In this document: one piece after another, positions 34,864-47,995 of the stretch
Position numbering within the stretch: position 1 is the stretch's first letter
How the letters are laid out: the number at the start of each line of letters is the position of its first letter
From: Eledone cirrhosa
Taxonomy: Eukaryota
Reading direction: 5' to 3'
Length of the DNA: 64,000 bases
Assembly: GCA_964016885.1 (NCBI GenBank)
Contig: OZ024747.1
Location: 7,626,001 to 7,690,000 of the forward strand
Notes under the pieces: generated by a model
Told to the model about the DNA's origin: nothing
The model's database searches: none
What the model saw: the letters and a program-made list of their open reading frames with translations, nothing else
Program-made: the position numbers and the translations under genes

Positions 34864-37800
34864 ACACTTGTCTGCATTGTCACAGATACAGACATACCTC
34901 CTGTCTCCATTTGTAACTCTTTGCACCCATTATATATAGTAGTTTATTATTATTGTTATTATCATTGTTATTTTGTTTATAGTGTTGTTATTATTATTAT
35001 TATTTTCTTTTATTCAATACAGTTGTGTGCAGTTAATGTGTTTGTTTATGCACATGTGTATATTATGTATGTGTATACTATATATGTGTATATTATGTAT
35101 GTGTATACTATGTATGTGTATGCACATGTGTATACTATGTATGTGTATATGAATATGCACTGTATATTAACTTACTGTCACAATATAGCTGTTATGGGCA
35201 AACTGTGACCCTCAGGCTAAATGTGGCCCATTTGGCTTTCTGAATGGCACACCTACTTTTAAAATTACCTTGAATTTTTTTTTTTAGTAGTGCAACCTAC
35301 TTTATGATAAGCCATAGTTCATGTAACCCTCTACTGTAAAAAAAGGTTCCCCCATGCCTGCTATATTGTTTAGTTGTGTCCCTTGTCATGTCTCTGTGTA
35401 TACATTGTAGTTTACATATATAAACATCTTCGCCTGTATGTATGTATATGTCTAAGGAAGTGGCTACATGACTATATTGTCAGATCATTAGTGGTAGCAG
35501 AGCTAAGGGTGAACAATTGAGATGTAGAAAGTGCAATATATATTGTATGTATACATGTAAGATGTATTGTATATCTATATGTATGTAGAGGTGTAGGCTG
35601 AATGCAGTATATATATATATAGTGTGTGTATGCACATGTGTGTGTGTTAGTGTATATATACTTACTGTAAATAGATAATATAATATAGGTACAGCATACA
35701 GTGGTGCTGAGTTTGTCCTCTTAAAAGAGCTGGGGCCGGAAAGGTGGTTCATAGGTATTTCATCTACAGGATCACCACTTGTCATGTAACATGTTGGTTT
35801 ACTTTATAATGTAAAAACATGTTTATATATATATGTGTAGTATTGTATAGAAGTATGTGTGTGTATATATAATGTAAGAACACATTTTATGTTTTAGTGC
35901 TTATTGTATGAACAAGGCAGGTTTGTCAAACAATATCTTTTTTATTTATTTTTTGGTTTAGTTTTATTTTGATCCCCATCAAAACCTAGCAGTAAACTGA
36001 ATCTGTGACCAAGTCTCTCTTCTCGTGTGGAAAGGCATCAGCATTGACACATCACATTCTCTGGATGTAGAAAATCCTAATTGATAATTAATAAGTTTGG
36101 TTTAAAACCCTACTCATTCCATTTAGGACTATTTGTGCTCTGTAGGAAAGTTATAATTATCACATTACTGACTCTGTTGACTTATTTATTTTTATGTAAG
36201 AAATATTACTATTTATAGTGGCAAAGGACGGTGGATTGGCAGAATTGGTAGTTCATTGATTAAAATACCATGATAGCATTTGATCTGAGTTCAAATTGCA
36301 CTAATGTCAACTTTGCCTTTCATTTTTCCAGGTTGATAAAATAAAGTACCAATCAAGTATTGGTTGCTGATTTAATCAACTTTGCCCTTCCCCTAAATTG
36401 TTGGCCTTGTGCCTAAATTAGAAACAATTATTATTATAGTCTATAATACATCAAGAGTTTGTTTTCTTACATCATAAAGAATTAGGTAAAACCTGTAGAT
36501 ATACAAATATTTCTAATAATGTAATAACAACATTTACAAACCCTGTTGTTATTAGAGATGGAATTACATTAGCAGAGATAGTAGAATGCTTAAATTTGTT
36601 ATATCTTGTTTTGTCTCTATATTTTGAGTTCACATCTCGTCAGATTAAGGCTTAATCTTGATATGTCACATTCATCTCTCTATGATATACAAATTTATCC
36701 AAACTCACAAACCTATCTTCAATGAAGGATACATTGGATAATGTTCTACATAGCCAAAATACTCTCAAATAATATCCGTCTATCTTAACTGAAGGACACA
36801 TTTTGATAATGTTCTAGATAGCTAAATATCCTTCAAATGATACTTTTCTGTCTCAAATGAAGGACACATTTGATAATGTTGTTGTAGATACTCCAAAAAT
36901 TATGGGATGGTCATGGGTGGAATGCCTTTGATTGCAGCTCTGCTCAACCATATCTAGTCTGGGGCTAAACAACTTATAGACCCACTGTATTGCAGCAATA
37001 AACTCCTAGATCTCATATGTCTCCCTATAAAGCCATTGAACCATATACATCTCCTGGGTCACAGGTCATATGTCTCCAAAATGTTTAAATTACGCTGTTT
37101 TTTTTAAAATTCTAGTGTCTTTCTAAGGATAAGAGATGTGCCCCTCTAAGAGTCAAACACCAGTAGATAATGAGGGTCTGTCTTTTAGGGGTTTATTTTA
37201 CACACTGTCTGAATAAATATTAATGCTGTCCCCTCTTCTAAGTTATATATTACACATTCAAGATCATAACTGTCTGCCGATGGATTATATTAACATGTGT
37301 TCTCATTGGTTCATGTCATAGCTCCCTATCACATTCTCACACCTACTGGATCCACACCAAATCTTCAAAATCAAACTACACAACAGCATGTCAAACTGTT
37401 TTCCTCCCAAATCACAATATTCTCTGGGAGTATCTCTCTACTGGTCAGTTACTGGATCATATTTGTTGTTCAGCCCTAGATTGACCTTAATTATCCCTTT
37501 TGTGTTTTATTTAGCAGTACATTTGGGACTACATTATCCAATACGTCTTTTTTAAAGGCAATTTTGTTTTTATTTCTAGCAGGTCCTCTCATTGGCTCGT
37601 GTATAACAACTGTTTATTTCTATGGGGTACATCACAGACTCACTCAATAAGGATCCTCGTTACACACTTATATCATAAACCACATTTGATTTATTTAAGA
37701 TCACTTAGTACACCCAGTGTTTCCATAATGACTCCATTTCCATAACCACTGGATCATACATTAAATCTACCATCCAGGCAATACATTTTAACTAATAACA

Positions 37801-40800
37801 ATACACCTCAGTGTCATACATGTGGTGTACCAATATAAACTTCTTTGTGTCTATGTAATATGGATACTGGTTCCTCTCATAATATTTGCTTGTGAGAGCG
37901 TTTGAATTGAACATAGCAAGTTAACTAAACACTTGTTATGTACACAATATCTGACTGTGCTTACAGAAGTGGTAAGTTCAAATCCTCATATTCATGTAAT
38001 CTTTGGTTGAGTAAATATAATTTATCATCATCATCAGCATCATCATTTTACATCCACTTTTCTGTGTTTGCATGGGTTGGACAAGTCTTTTCTGGCACAG
38101 CATCCATTTGTTGCAGTTTTTCGTCATCTCTTCTACATGCATCAGCTCTCACAACCTCTGCTCAGTTCTTCCTTAGTCTCTCTCGACTGCAGCTTCATTC
38201 CACTGGGATTACTTCACACTTCTTCACCCAACAATCATCATCCATACACATCACATGTCCAAGAGTATTTAAAAATATAAGTTATCATCTCAGTATTAAG
38301 GTTAAATGAAATGCTCATGCCTTTGCCATGTACCTTCAATTATCTGGGTATATGTGACTGTAACAGTGCACATGGTAACTAAATTGATTGGATGCCGTAT
38401 CACTAGTATCTCAGTTCTAAGTAGGAATCACAGGGTGGTTTTGTGTGAATGGGTGATGAATAGTTGACTTGTCTTGCCAGGTTCTGTTGCTCTCAAAGAG
38501 AAACCTACCTACAATAGGGCCGTATCCTATTCATGGAAAGGTTTAGTGTTCATCTATTTAAAACTGTTTAGCTCCACAAATGCTTGAGGCTCAGAAAGGA
38601 TTAGCTACATCTAAGTAAGTGTATGTGTGCAATTCAAGCTAGGAAATTGGAACTTGCACCCTAATTTCTTGGCTATTGTATCTCATTGGAACAAAAAGTA
38701 ATGCTGATTATATTATCAAAAATAGTTTCCATGGAAACTAGCGATGGTCTGTTTAAGCAAAAACGATGCAATAAAGTTAATAAGTTTGTATGTTGTGTGG
38801 AAAAGAGGACTCTAACATTTCAAGGCTAATCTTTAATCTGAGAGAATACAAAGGTTCTTACTTCTGATCTCATTAGCTTGATGATGATGATGATGATAAT
38901 ACAGAAACATATGACCACCCAGTAGTAACTTAGTATATAATAGGATGTTGTAGTTTGCTTCAAGCATTGTGTAAAGTATAGAAAATAATGTTTTATTAAA
39001 AGGCTTCAGCATAAGAACAACTCAAGACATCCTGTTCCAAATTAGTTTCTTCAATTCTTTTGATGAAAGGATTCTATTTCGAAATATAACAATTATTAAG
39101 TCACTCCAAGGTAACATTCCAACATCTTTGTTAACATTTAAAAAAAAACATTTAAAGTCCCATTTGCATTGCTGTAGCCTTTACATGATATGAATATAGA
39201 GTGAATGTATGTAGGTTTACTAAAACTGGCTATGAATGTACAGTGTATGTAGGTGAGGCCATTGGCAGCCTCACTAAACTAGCTTGTTGAGGAAGGTGGC
39301 TTTGGGACATGTTGGTTGAAAAATAAAATTTGTCAAAAGAGTAGAGGAACTCAGGAGAATCAGTGGATATTTAATATTGTGTGTATATGTGTTTATGTAA
39401 ATGTATTTGAGAGAAAAATATTCTTAAAACTTGTGTTTGTAGTCTCTGGACATCTTACTTTGTTTTTTATCATTGCTAGTTTAATGGCTTCAAACATTTA
39501 GAGAGTAGCAATAAAGCATTTGGCTTTATAAAATTTGATATGTATGTACTTTTTCATCTCATCCTTTCCCCCAGAGTAGGTCACAACACTCATATCTTAG
39601 AACCACAGACCATTCTTTACATTAATCAGGGGGTATCTTGCACATCTGCAACAATGAAATACAGCCACCTATATAGTGTTCTCACTCATTAGAACACACA
39701 AAAGATATAATATAGGTGGAAGCAGTTTCAATTCTCCAATGCAGCTGCATCCTTTGTTCAGGTGTCATTGGAGTCTTGGAGATGGCAATCTTGATCTTGC
39801 CATACTGGTGTATGTCTTCATCACCCTGAGAGCCCATGGCTGGAAAGTATGACACCTTTAAAGGAAGAGAGAAATGGGCTGCAATAGGTGGTCATATTTA
39901 ATAGCAAGTCGTCAACCATAATGTATAATGTACTGTAACTATATATATATAGTTTTATTTATGTGTATTAAACCTGCAGCTTTGTATGTAGTGTGTGTTT
40001 ATATGATGTACAAAACATGTGTATGTAGAGTATTGAATATGTATAGTGTACTAAACCTATATATGTAGGCATATTAAACCAATAGTTAGCTATGTGTGTA
40101 GGATGTATAAAACCTATAGCTGTCTATGAAGTGTTCTGTGTAAATGAGAATAAGATCTTTTTGTACAACTTGTTTATTTGTTCCACCAAATACATAGTGG
40201 TCACCTAAGCAACAAAAATAATTAGATTGATGAGAGAAACTTATAATAGACTAAAAGTCAATGTTAAGAAATTTATTAAGTTATTATTTCCATATTATAA
40301 TTAATATTGTCTAGTATGTGTATAAACCCTAAAGCTATCTATGTAGTCTAGTGTATGTAAGTGTATAAAACCTATAGCTGTATAAGATCTGTAACTAGAA
40401 CATTATCAACTCCATATATACATACTCTAATACACGTAATGTACTGTGAGTGAACAAGAAAGACGTTTTCTTGAGTGGTGGGAGGCATTGCCCATGGATT
40501 TAATCTCCAAGAAAGGAAAGATATTAATGCTGCTGATGTTCCGCTGAAACTTGCCAAGTCAACCCCTTTTGGAAAGATACAAATAGGGGGTAGAATTCCA
40601 GAAGATAGGTGTTGAAAGTATAGTAGTGTTGGGGAGGGGATCTGAGGAGTTTGACACAACAAAGATGATAAGTAAGCTGGGAAAGCCTGAGTGGAAGTAA
40701 CATTAGATCATCAATTTCTGAGAGGACACCATTGTAATAGCAGTAAAAAGGCCAAAGGTGGAAACAGCATGTCTGTGGGCCAGAGGCACTAATGGAAGTG

Positions 40801-41197
40801 TCATAATTGGTTAATATTTTTTCATTCTCAATAACTTTATGATCTAAGAATAGAATGAGGAAAACTACTCGTTCATTATCATCAATAGATCCTGGAATTG
40901 ATTAAATTGTCTCTTTGGAGCTCAATCTTCAGCAAGAATTGAACTAAAAATTGCAAAGGCTTTGTGGGGAGGGGATATGATGCCATGCTTTCTTGGGGAG
41001 GAAGGATAGTCAGTTAAATTTGTCTTTTGTATTTAACTGGTGCTTTATCTAACTCACCTCTCGTCCCTGTAAAAACAAACCCAAAAAAGCATAATCGATT
41101 GCAATAAGATTTGAACTCAGAGTCTGAGGAGGAGAACGGTTCTGACTTATTGCATTAGCCACTGGATAATTATATATACATTATATATACATACACA

Positions 41198-41320
41198 CAG
41201 GGTGGACCAAAAGTTGCAATATATATGAAGAATAATTACATTTTTAAGTTTCCATATTTATTTTTTAACGTGTTTAACATAATTACTTTTCCTATGTATC
41301 GCAACTTTTGGTCCACCCTG
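41198..41320. mobile_element. Tc1/mariner-type MITE (123 bp)
   Basis: TIR CAGGGTGGACCAAAAGTTGC / GCAACTTTTGGTCCACCCTG. Confidence 0.75.
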
Positions 41321-42093
41321 AATGTGTGTATAAATATAAATATATATACTTTTCTTTTTAAGGATTGGAAGGAGATTTTGAAGTTTGGATTTAATGGGGA
41401 AAATGATGTATTTTCATTCTTATTTATTGTATGTGTGGTATTAGTGTGATGGAGACTGAAGTTTCTGGTAGAATGAAGGGTAAAATTGTCCATGAGTTGC
41501 ATGTGTTTTTTGTGTCATTTGACCGAGGTAAAAAAATACCTTTACAATATGACATTATAGGGGTCAGACTCTCAGCAAGGTGGGATGGATGCTGCAGATG
41601 TGTGGTTAAATGGGATGCAGTGGGATTGAACTGTGTTATATTTGTGTGTAGTAGTGAGATAGCCACTGCACATCCCATCACAACAATAGTAATGATTCTT
41701 CTCATGTTGTTTCTAAATATAGAAATCATCAGCTGGTTCATTGGATGACTGTGTTTGCTCCAACATACAATATATATGCCATCTTTACAACAAACAAATA
41801 GATGTATATTACCATAATGATGATGATAAAATATTACTAAACAAATTGTCTTCTTGTTTTGTTTTGTTTTTATTTCATTACTGAGATAAATGTCTATTTA
41901 TTTATAACATATGGAAGATATTGCCAGTTAACTCTACCACTGGCACTAACAGTGTTTTGTTATCAATGGTTTATATATACATTTTTTATATGTTAATCTT
42001 AGCTTAACCCAAATCAGCTTTTATTCAGCGGATCTGATTTCTAATATAGGTACAGAACCAGCAACTTTTCTTTAGAGAGCGGGAGGATGCACT

Positions 42094-42300
42094 TTAACCC
42101 TTTAGCATTTAAGCCGGCCAAAATTCTCTCACCTCTTTCCATTCAAACTGGCCGCTCATTCTGATGTGAAGGTATTGTTCTCAAAATAAATAATATCAAA
42201 GTCTCATAGATTCGACATTATGTGAGATAATTATGTAAGATAAAGTCTTTACCACAAAAATGCAATAGTATATTGAGTAATGTAAATGCTAATGGGTTGA
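42094..42300 (-). mobile_element. piggyBac-type MITE copy 5
   Basis: Same TIRs; TTAA/TTGA flanks. Confidence 0.75.
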
Positions 42301-43848
42301 TAGTGACTTAATTTTTTATTAATTAAATCTCTTGTTAGGGTATATCCATCATATCTATTAAGTTCACTCTGATTGGAACAATTGTTTCTTTTTCAGTGGG
42401 TGAATGGATATTTAACCATAATTCGATGTGGCCACTAAACTAACAACATTGATTGATTTTGTAAATACTCAGATTATCATCATCGTTTTTATGTCTGCTT
42501 TTCTATGCTTGCATGGGTTGGACCGGTCCTTCTCAGCACAGCATCACTCCACACATTGCATTATGATATATATATAAGAATGTTTACTATAATTAAAAAA
42601 GGTCGCTTGTAAAATGTACTGAAGACAAAAGACATCTTCCTTATGAAGGATGTACACTTCACCAAGGATAATTTAGAGGTGCTCGAAATAATTTTACTTG
42701 AAATTCATGATTCCCAAATGTTGCATAATACAATTCTCGGAAATTATGAATTAGATAATGAGCAGAAAATTCTACCTAGATCTGAGCTGTAGACCAGAAG
42801 ACATCATTTGTGGACAGTAGATATTCTGTGGTTAGATAAAATGTTGCTTTAGAAGTCAGCAGATTTTAGTGTTCATCATAGATTTAAGGAAGGTTAACGT
42901 GTACACACGTAAAACAAAAGGAAAATCACTGATATAGAACATCAAATGTCCTTAGAAAGAGAACCATACCAAGAATTACAAGAGTTGGTTGCAAAATTCA
43001 TAAGCTGATTATGAAGGAGTGATGCTAGAGCTGTGAAATCTTGTAAGCATTAATTTCAACTCTTATAAATAACTGCATTGTTTCTTTCCAGGGATTATGT
43101 TGAAAAATAAACCTCATTTGCTCATTCCATGAGAGTATCTTGCTTGGTCAGCCTATAAACTTTTCAACTGACCCTTGTATTGTCACAAAAATTTCCATTG
43201 AAGCTGACACTGAAACTGGGGGCTACATGAACATGCATGTCTGGTTATCCTCATACCACATGATGTGAGGAAACAATATTACTAACTAAACTAAATTAGC
43301 CAAAATAAACACCTAATGCAAAGAGAACAATCAGTATCAAGAAAGTCGTCCAAATTGACTGGAAGGTTCGATAAAACTAAGACTGCATTGAAGAGGTTGA
43401 ATTTTCTTATTAGTGCTAAACAGTTCACATATCTAGGATAGCTACAACCTAAACATATATTTGATCTTTTCTACTGCTTCTGTGAAGGGATGTGGTTTGG
43501 TGGTTAGGGTGTTCAGTGTTAAGGTTGTAAGTTCCGATAACCAGACCGGGCAGCATATGTCCTTGAGCAAGACAAAAATTTCCCCTTGCTCAAGTTCACT
43601 CAACTGGCAAAAATTAATTGTACCTGTAATTCAAGGAACCAGCTATGTCGCAATTAATCTTTCTGAGAATTACGCTAAGGGTGCATGTGTGTGGAATGCT
43701 CAGTCACTTACACATTAATTTCATGAACAGGCTGTTCCATTAATTGAACCAACTGGAACACTCATTGTCAGAAATGACGGAGGTCGAACACTTCTACAAC
43801 ATACATGTTTCTACTCCTCTGAATTTACTACACTCACTCAAATCCTCA

Positions 43849-44135
43849 TGGAGGCACGTGGCCTAGAGGTAAAGGTGTTGGACTTACGATCATAATATTG
43901 TAGGTTCGATTCCTGGACTGTGTTGTGTGTTGTGTTCTTGAGCAAAACACTTCATTTCACATTGCTCCAGTATACTCAGTTGAAAATGAGTACCAGCAAT
44001 AGCTGGGAGTTTAACCCTGCGATGGACTGGCATCCTGTTCAGGAGGGGGTCTTTTACTCGCAGTTGGTTAACACAACAGAAACCAGGATAAATACTGGCC
44101 TGATGGACCTCTGGGCCCAAGATAGACTTTAGACT
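43849..44135 (+). mobile_element. Full-length tRNA-derived SINE
   Basis: A box TGGCCTAGAGG, B box GGTTCGATTCC, central TGTGTTCTTGAGCAAAACACTT, AACCCTGCGATGGACTGGCATCC, ACTTT-type tail. Confidence 0.75.
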
Positions 44136-44679
44136 CAAATCCTTATTCTATACTCCAGACACTCCCTTCTCATACTGAACAAGTTCAATCTGAAAGAGCA
44201 ATAAATAGCAAAAAGCAAAGGTTTTCTTCATAATAAAAAAAAACAAAGCAAAATGTAGTAAAATATAAACAACAAAAATAGTTAGACAACATGAAATATT
44301 TTGGTAGACATTTTACAGAAATTCTTGAACAAATTCCTTGTCCTTTTTTTGGTTTTGTATTAAACACCATTTTTGCTTTTGTTTTTATGTTTTTTTTATC
44401 ACTCTTTTGAAGTTGCATAAGATATATAATAATACATTTTTATTTTATAGAACATGGCTTTTTTGAATTGGTTGCAAACTGGAGAAATAACAATAGTAAT
44501 AGTAGTAGTAGTAGAAATAGTGATAGTATTACTACTAGAAATAGTTGCTGTTGATGGTGGTGGTGGTAGTAGTGGTAATATTATTAATAGCCAACATGAG
44601 ATTTTAATTCAGAATTTAAAGACATTAAATACTGTACAGCATTTTGTCTTGGACATTACACTGTTCTAACAATATTGAT

Positions 44680-47200
44680 AATTTCTAACACAGACACAAG
44701 GCCACAAGTTTGGAGGTGGAAGGAACAGTTGATTAAATTGACCCCGGTACCTGATGGAAGGATGAAAAGTAAAGTCGACCTTAGTGAAATTTTAACTCAG
44801 AATGCAGAAGAACATGATTATTAAACACCACAAATCTTATGCCCATCCACTGGCCTTCTTCAGATTTTTATCACAGACACAAGGCCTCAGATTTAAGAGA
44901 GGGGAGTATAGTTGATTTAATCAACTCCTGTACTTGACTAGACTAGTATTTATTTTACCATCCCAGACAGGATTTGAGCTCAGAATGTAAAAAGACAAAC
45001 TAAATACTATATAGTATTTTGGCTGACACTGACAATCCAGCCCATTCACTGCCCTCATAATAATAGTTTTTAATGTAAGCACAAGGCCAAACATTTTGGG
45101 AAAAGGTTAAGTCGATTAAATCAGCCCTAGTACATGACTGGTATTTTATTTTACCGACCCCAGAAAGATGAAAGGCAAAGTTGACTGGTCGTGGAATTTC
45201 TGAGAAAGTAGAGCGAGAACAAACACCACAAGGCATTTTGTCCAATGCCGCAACAATTCAGCCAATCAACCATACTTTCCTCATAATAAGAATGTTTAAG
45301 ATAGGCACAAAGATGAAAAGCAAAGTTGACCTCAGCAGGATTTGAACTCAGAATGTAAAGGGATGTAACTAAATAACACACATCATTTAGTATGTCACTC
45401 TTTTGATTCTGTTGTTCTTTGTAGTAATGGTTTCTGATTTAGGCATAAGGCCAACAATTTTTGGGGAGGGGAAAACCAATTAATTCCCCAGTGCATTTCT
45501 GGTACTTTATTTTATCGACCCCGTAAGGATGAAAGGCAAAGCAAACCTCGGCAAGATTTGAATTTAGAATGTAAAGAGCCAGAACAAATACCACAAGGAC
45601 ATTTTATCCAATACTCAAATGACTGCCATTCCATCACCCTAATAATAATAATAATAATAATAAAAATAATAATTTCTACTATGGGCACAAGGCCAGCGAT
45701 TCTGGAGGAGGGGGAAAGTCTATTAAATTGACCCCAGTGCATTAGTGGTACTTTATTTTATCAACCTCGAAAGGATGAAAGGCAAACTTGACCTTGGAAT
45801 AATAGTAGTAGTTGTGCTGATAATAGTAGTTTTGCAGCTATTAGTATTATTAGTAGTAGTGGAAGTATTATTTATAATAACCTTAATAATAATTGAACCT
45901 AGGCAACCACAGATCCGCAAATCTTTTCAGGGGAATGGTATAGTCAATTATATTGACTTCCAATACGTGATTTATTTTATGAACTCTGGGAGGATGAAAG
46001 GCAATTTCAACATCATCTAGATTTGAACACAGAAGGTAAAGGGTTGTAACTGAATACCATAGAGCATCATGTCCACCACTGTACTAATTTTGTCGTTCCA
46101 CGTTCTTAATTTTTGAGTGGTCTCTAAGCTAACAGGTTTTTTATTTTTTTCCAAAGAAAAAGTAATTGTATTTACGTCAGTATTTTGTTGGTACTTCAAC
46201 CTCACTTCTCTAGTTGTGCCTGAAGGGATTTGAATGTGGAAACAGAACTAAACCGCATAGGACATTGGTCTAGTGCCCTCCTGTTTTGTCAATCTAACTC
46301 AGATTTTGGAAGAGGAATAAAAACTAATAGTATAAATGAAGTGAATTGATTTCAATCAGGAATTGAAACCTTATCTCAAACTCAGTTTGTCAAACATATC
46401 TTTTGCTACAACAGTGTATATCACCCAAATAATTATTTCTTTAAAAGTAAATTCCAGTGACTAGGCACCAAGACTCTATAGTGTAAGAGATAGGAAAAAT
46501 TAAATGTTGGCTTTTCTTAATAAGTTAAGTAAAATGGCTTTCATTTGGTAAATGAAACCAAATAGTAGATTTAAATCTATTGTCAGGAGCTCATTTCCTA
46601 CTCTAAGCTGGTGTCCACCATTAAAATAATAATTTCTTAAATAAGCACAGGGCCAGAAATTTGGGGCTGGAGTATAGCCAATTAAACTGACCCTCATACT
46701 TGACTGGTACTTTATTTTATCGACCCCCGAGAAGGCTGAAAGTCCAAAGTCAACCTCAGCAGGATTTGAACTCAGACTTAAATGGCAGTAACTAAATGCT
46801 GACACTTCAATGATTCTGACAATCCATCACCCTAATAATAATAACAATAATAATCATTTCTATCATAGGCACAGGGCCAAAATATTAAATTGATCTCAGT
46901 ACTTAACTGGTACTTTATTTTATTGACACTGGAAGGATGAAAGGCAAAGCTGACCGTGGCAGGATTTGAAATCAGAAACAAAGATCTGTAGGGCGTTTCT
47001 TTCCTGATGCTCTAACGATTCTGCTAATTCAACTAATGAGTTCTAATTTTAGGACAAGTCCACAAATATTTTTTTGTGAAGGGATATACATCAATCTAAT
47101 TTACACCCCCCAGTTTTTGACTGGTACTTATTTTATGGATCCCAGAGGTTAGAAAAGCAAAGTAGACCTTGGTAATGGAGGGGATTTTAACAAAATAAGA
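44680..47200 (-). mobile_element. Cluster of roughly ten co-oriented Meta-like SINE copies
   Basis: Repeated GGTACTTTATTTTAT..GATGAAAGGCAAAG..GGATTTGAACTCAGA motifs, all on one strand. Confidence 0.75.
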
Positions 47201-47399
47201 TTAATAATTGTTATTGTAATACGTAAATGAATAAAGTAACATTAAAATTGAATAGAAAGCAATTCAAAGCAAAGTGGACTATAAAAAAGATCCAGTGGGA
47301 AAGGGAAGTGTTGTTATTGTGAGTCCAGCTGGCTGTTATATCACCTGAAGTGGTGTTGCTAGTGAGGGGCAGTAGTGGAGAGCAAGTGGAAAATCATAC

Positions 47400-47995
47400 T
47401 CAGTTTCGACCACGCCCTCTCCGTCCGCCACGTCCACCTCGCCCACCACCTCCACGTTGCTGTTGATAGCCTCTTCCCCCTCCTCCATAACCTTGGTTAT
47501 CATACTGTCCTCCACTCCCTTTATAGCCGCCACCACCACCTCCACTACCACCACCACCACTACCACTACCACCGCCACCAACGCCACCACCACCACCATA
47601 ACCCCCATAGCCTTGGTCATAACCTCCACCACCACTGTTCTGACCATACATGCTGTAATTGTCTCGACCGCCACCACTGCCACCGCCACCACCACCACCA
47701 CTACCACTACCACTACCACCACCACCACCACCACTTCCTCTATGATAATTGTCTCGTCCTCCCCCACCTCTGTGGTAATTGTCTCGTCCACCACCACCAC
47801 CACCATAGTTGTTGTATGATCCACCACCACCACCACCACCACTACCACCACCACCACCACTACCAGATTGGTAGTTTGATTGGTTGTTATAATGTGGTTG
47901 TTGATACTGATGTTGATGTTGTTGATGATGTTGTTGTTGATGATGATGATGTGAGTTCTGCTGGTAAGAATTGTAGCCACCTTGCTGGTAACCTC
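47400..47995 (-). CDS. FAM98A: FAM98 last exon: Q/H-rich then G/Y/S and RGG low-complexity tail
   Basis: tttgcag acceptor; ends GGRGGRGGRRGRGRN*. Confidence 0.88.

Noticed and set aside
43849-43920. tRNA gene
   Set aside because: A/B boxes continue into a SINE body; no full cloverleaf or acceptor stem.
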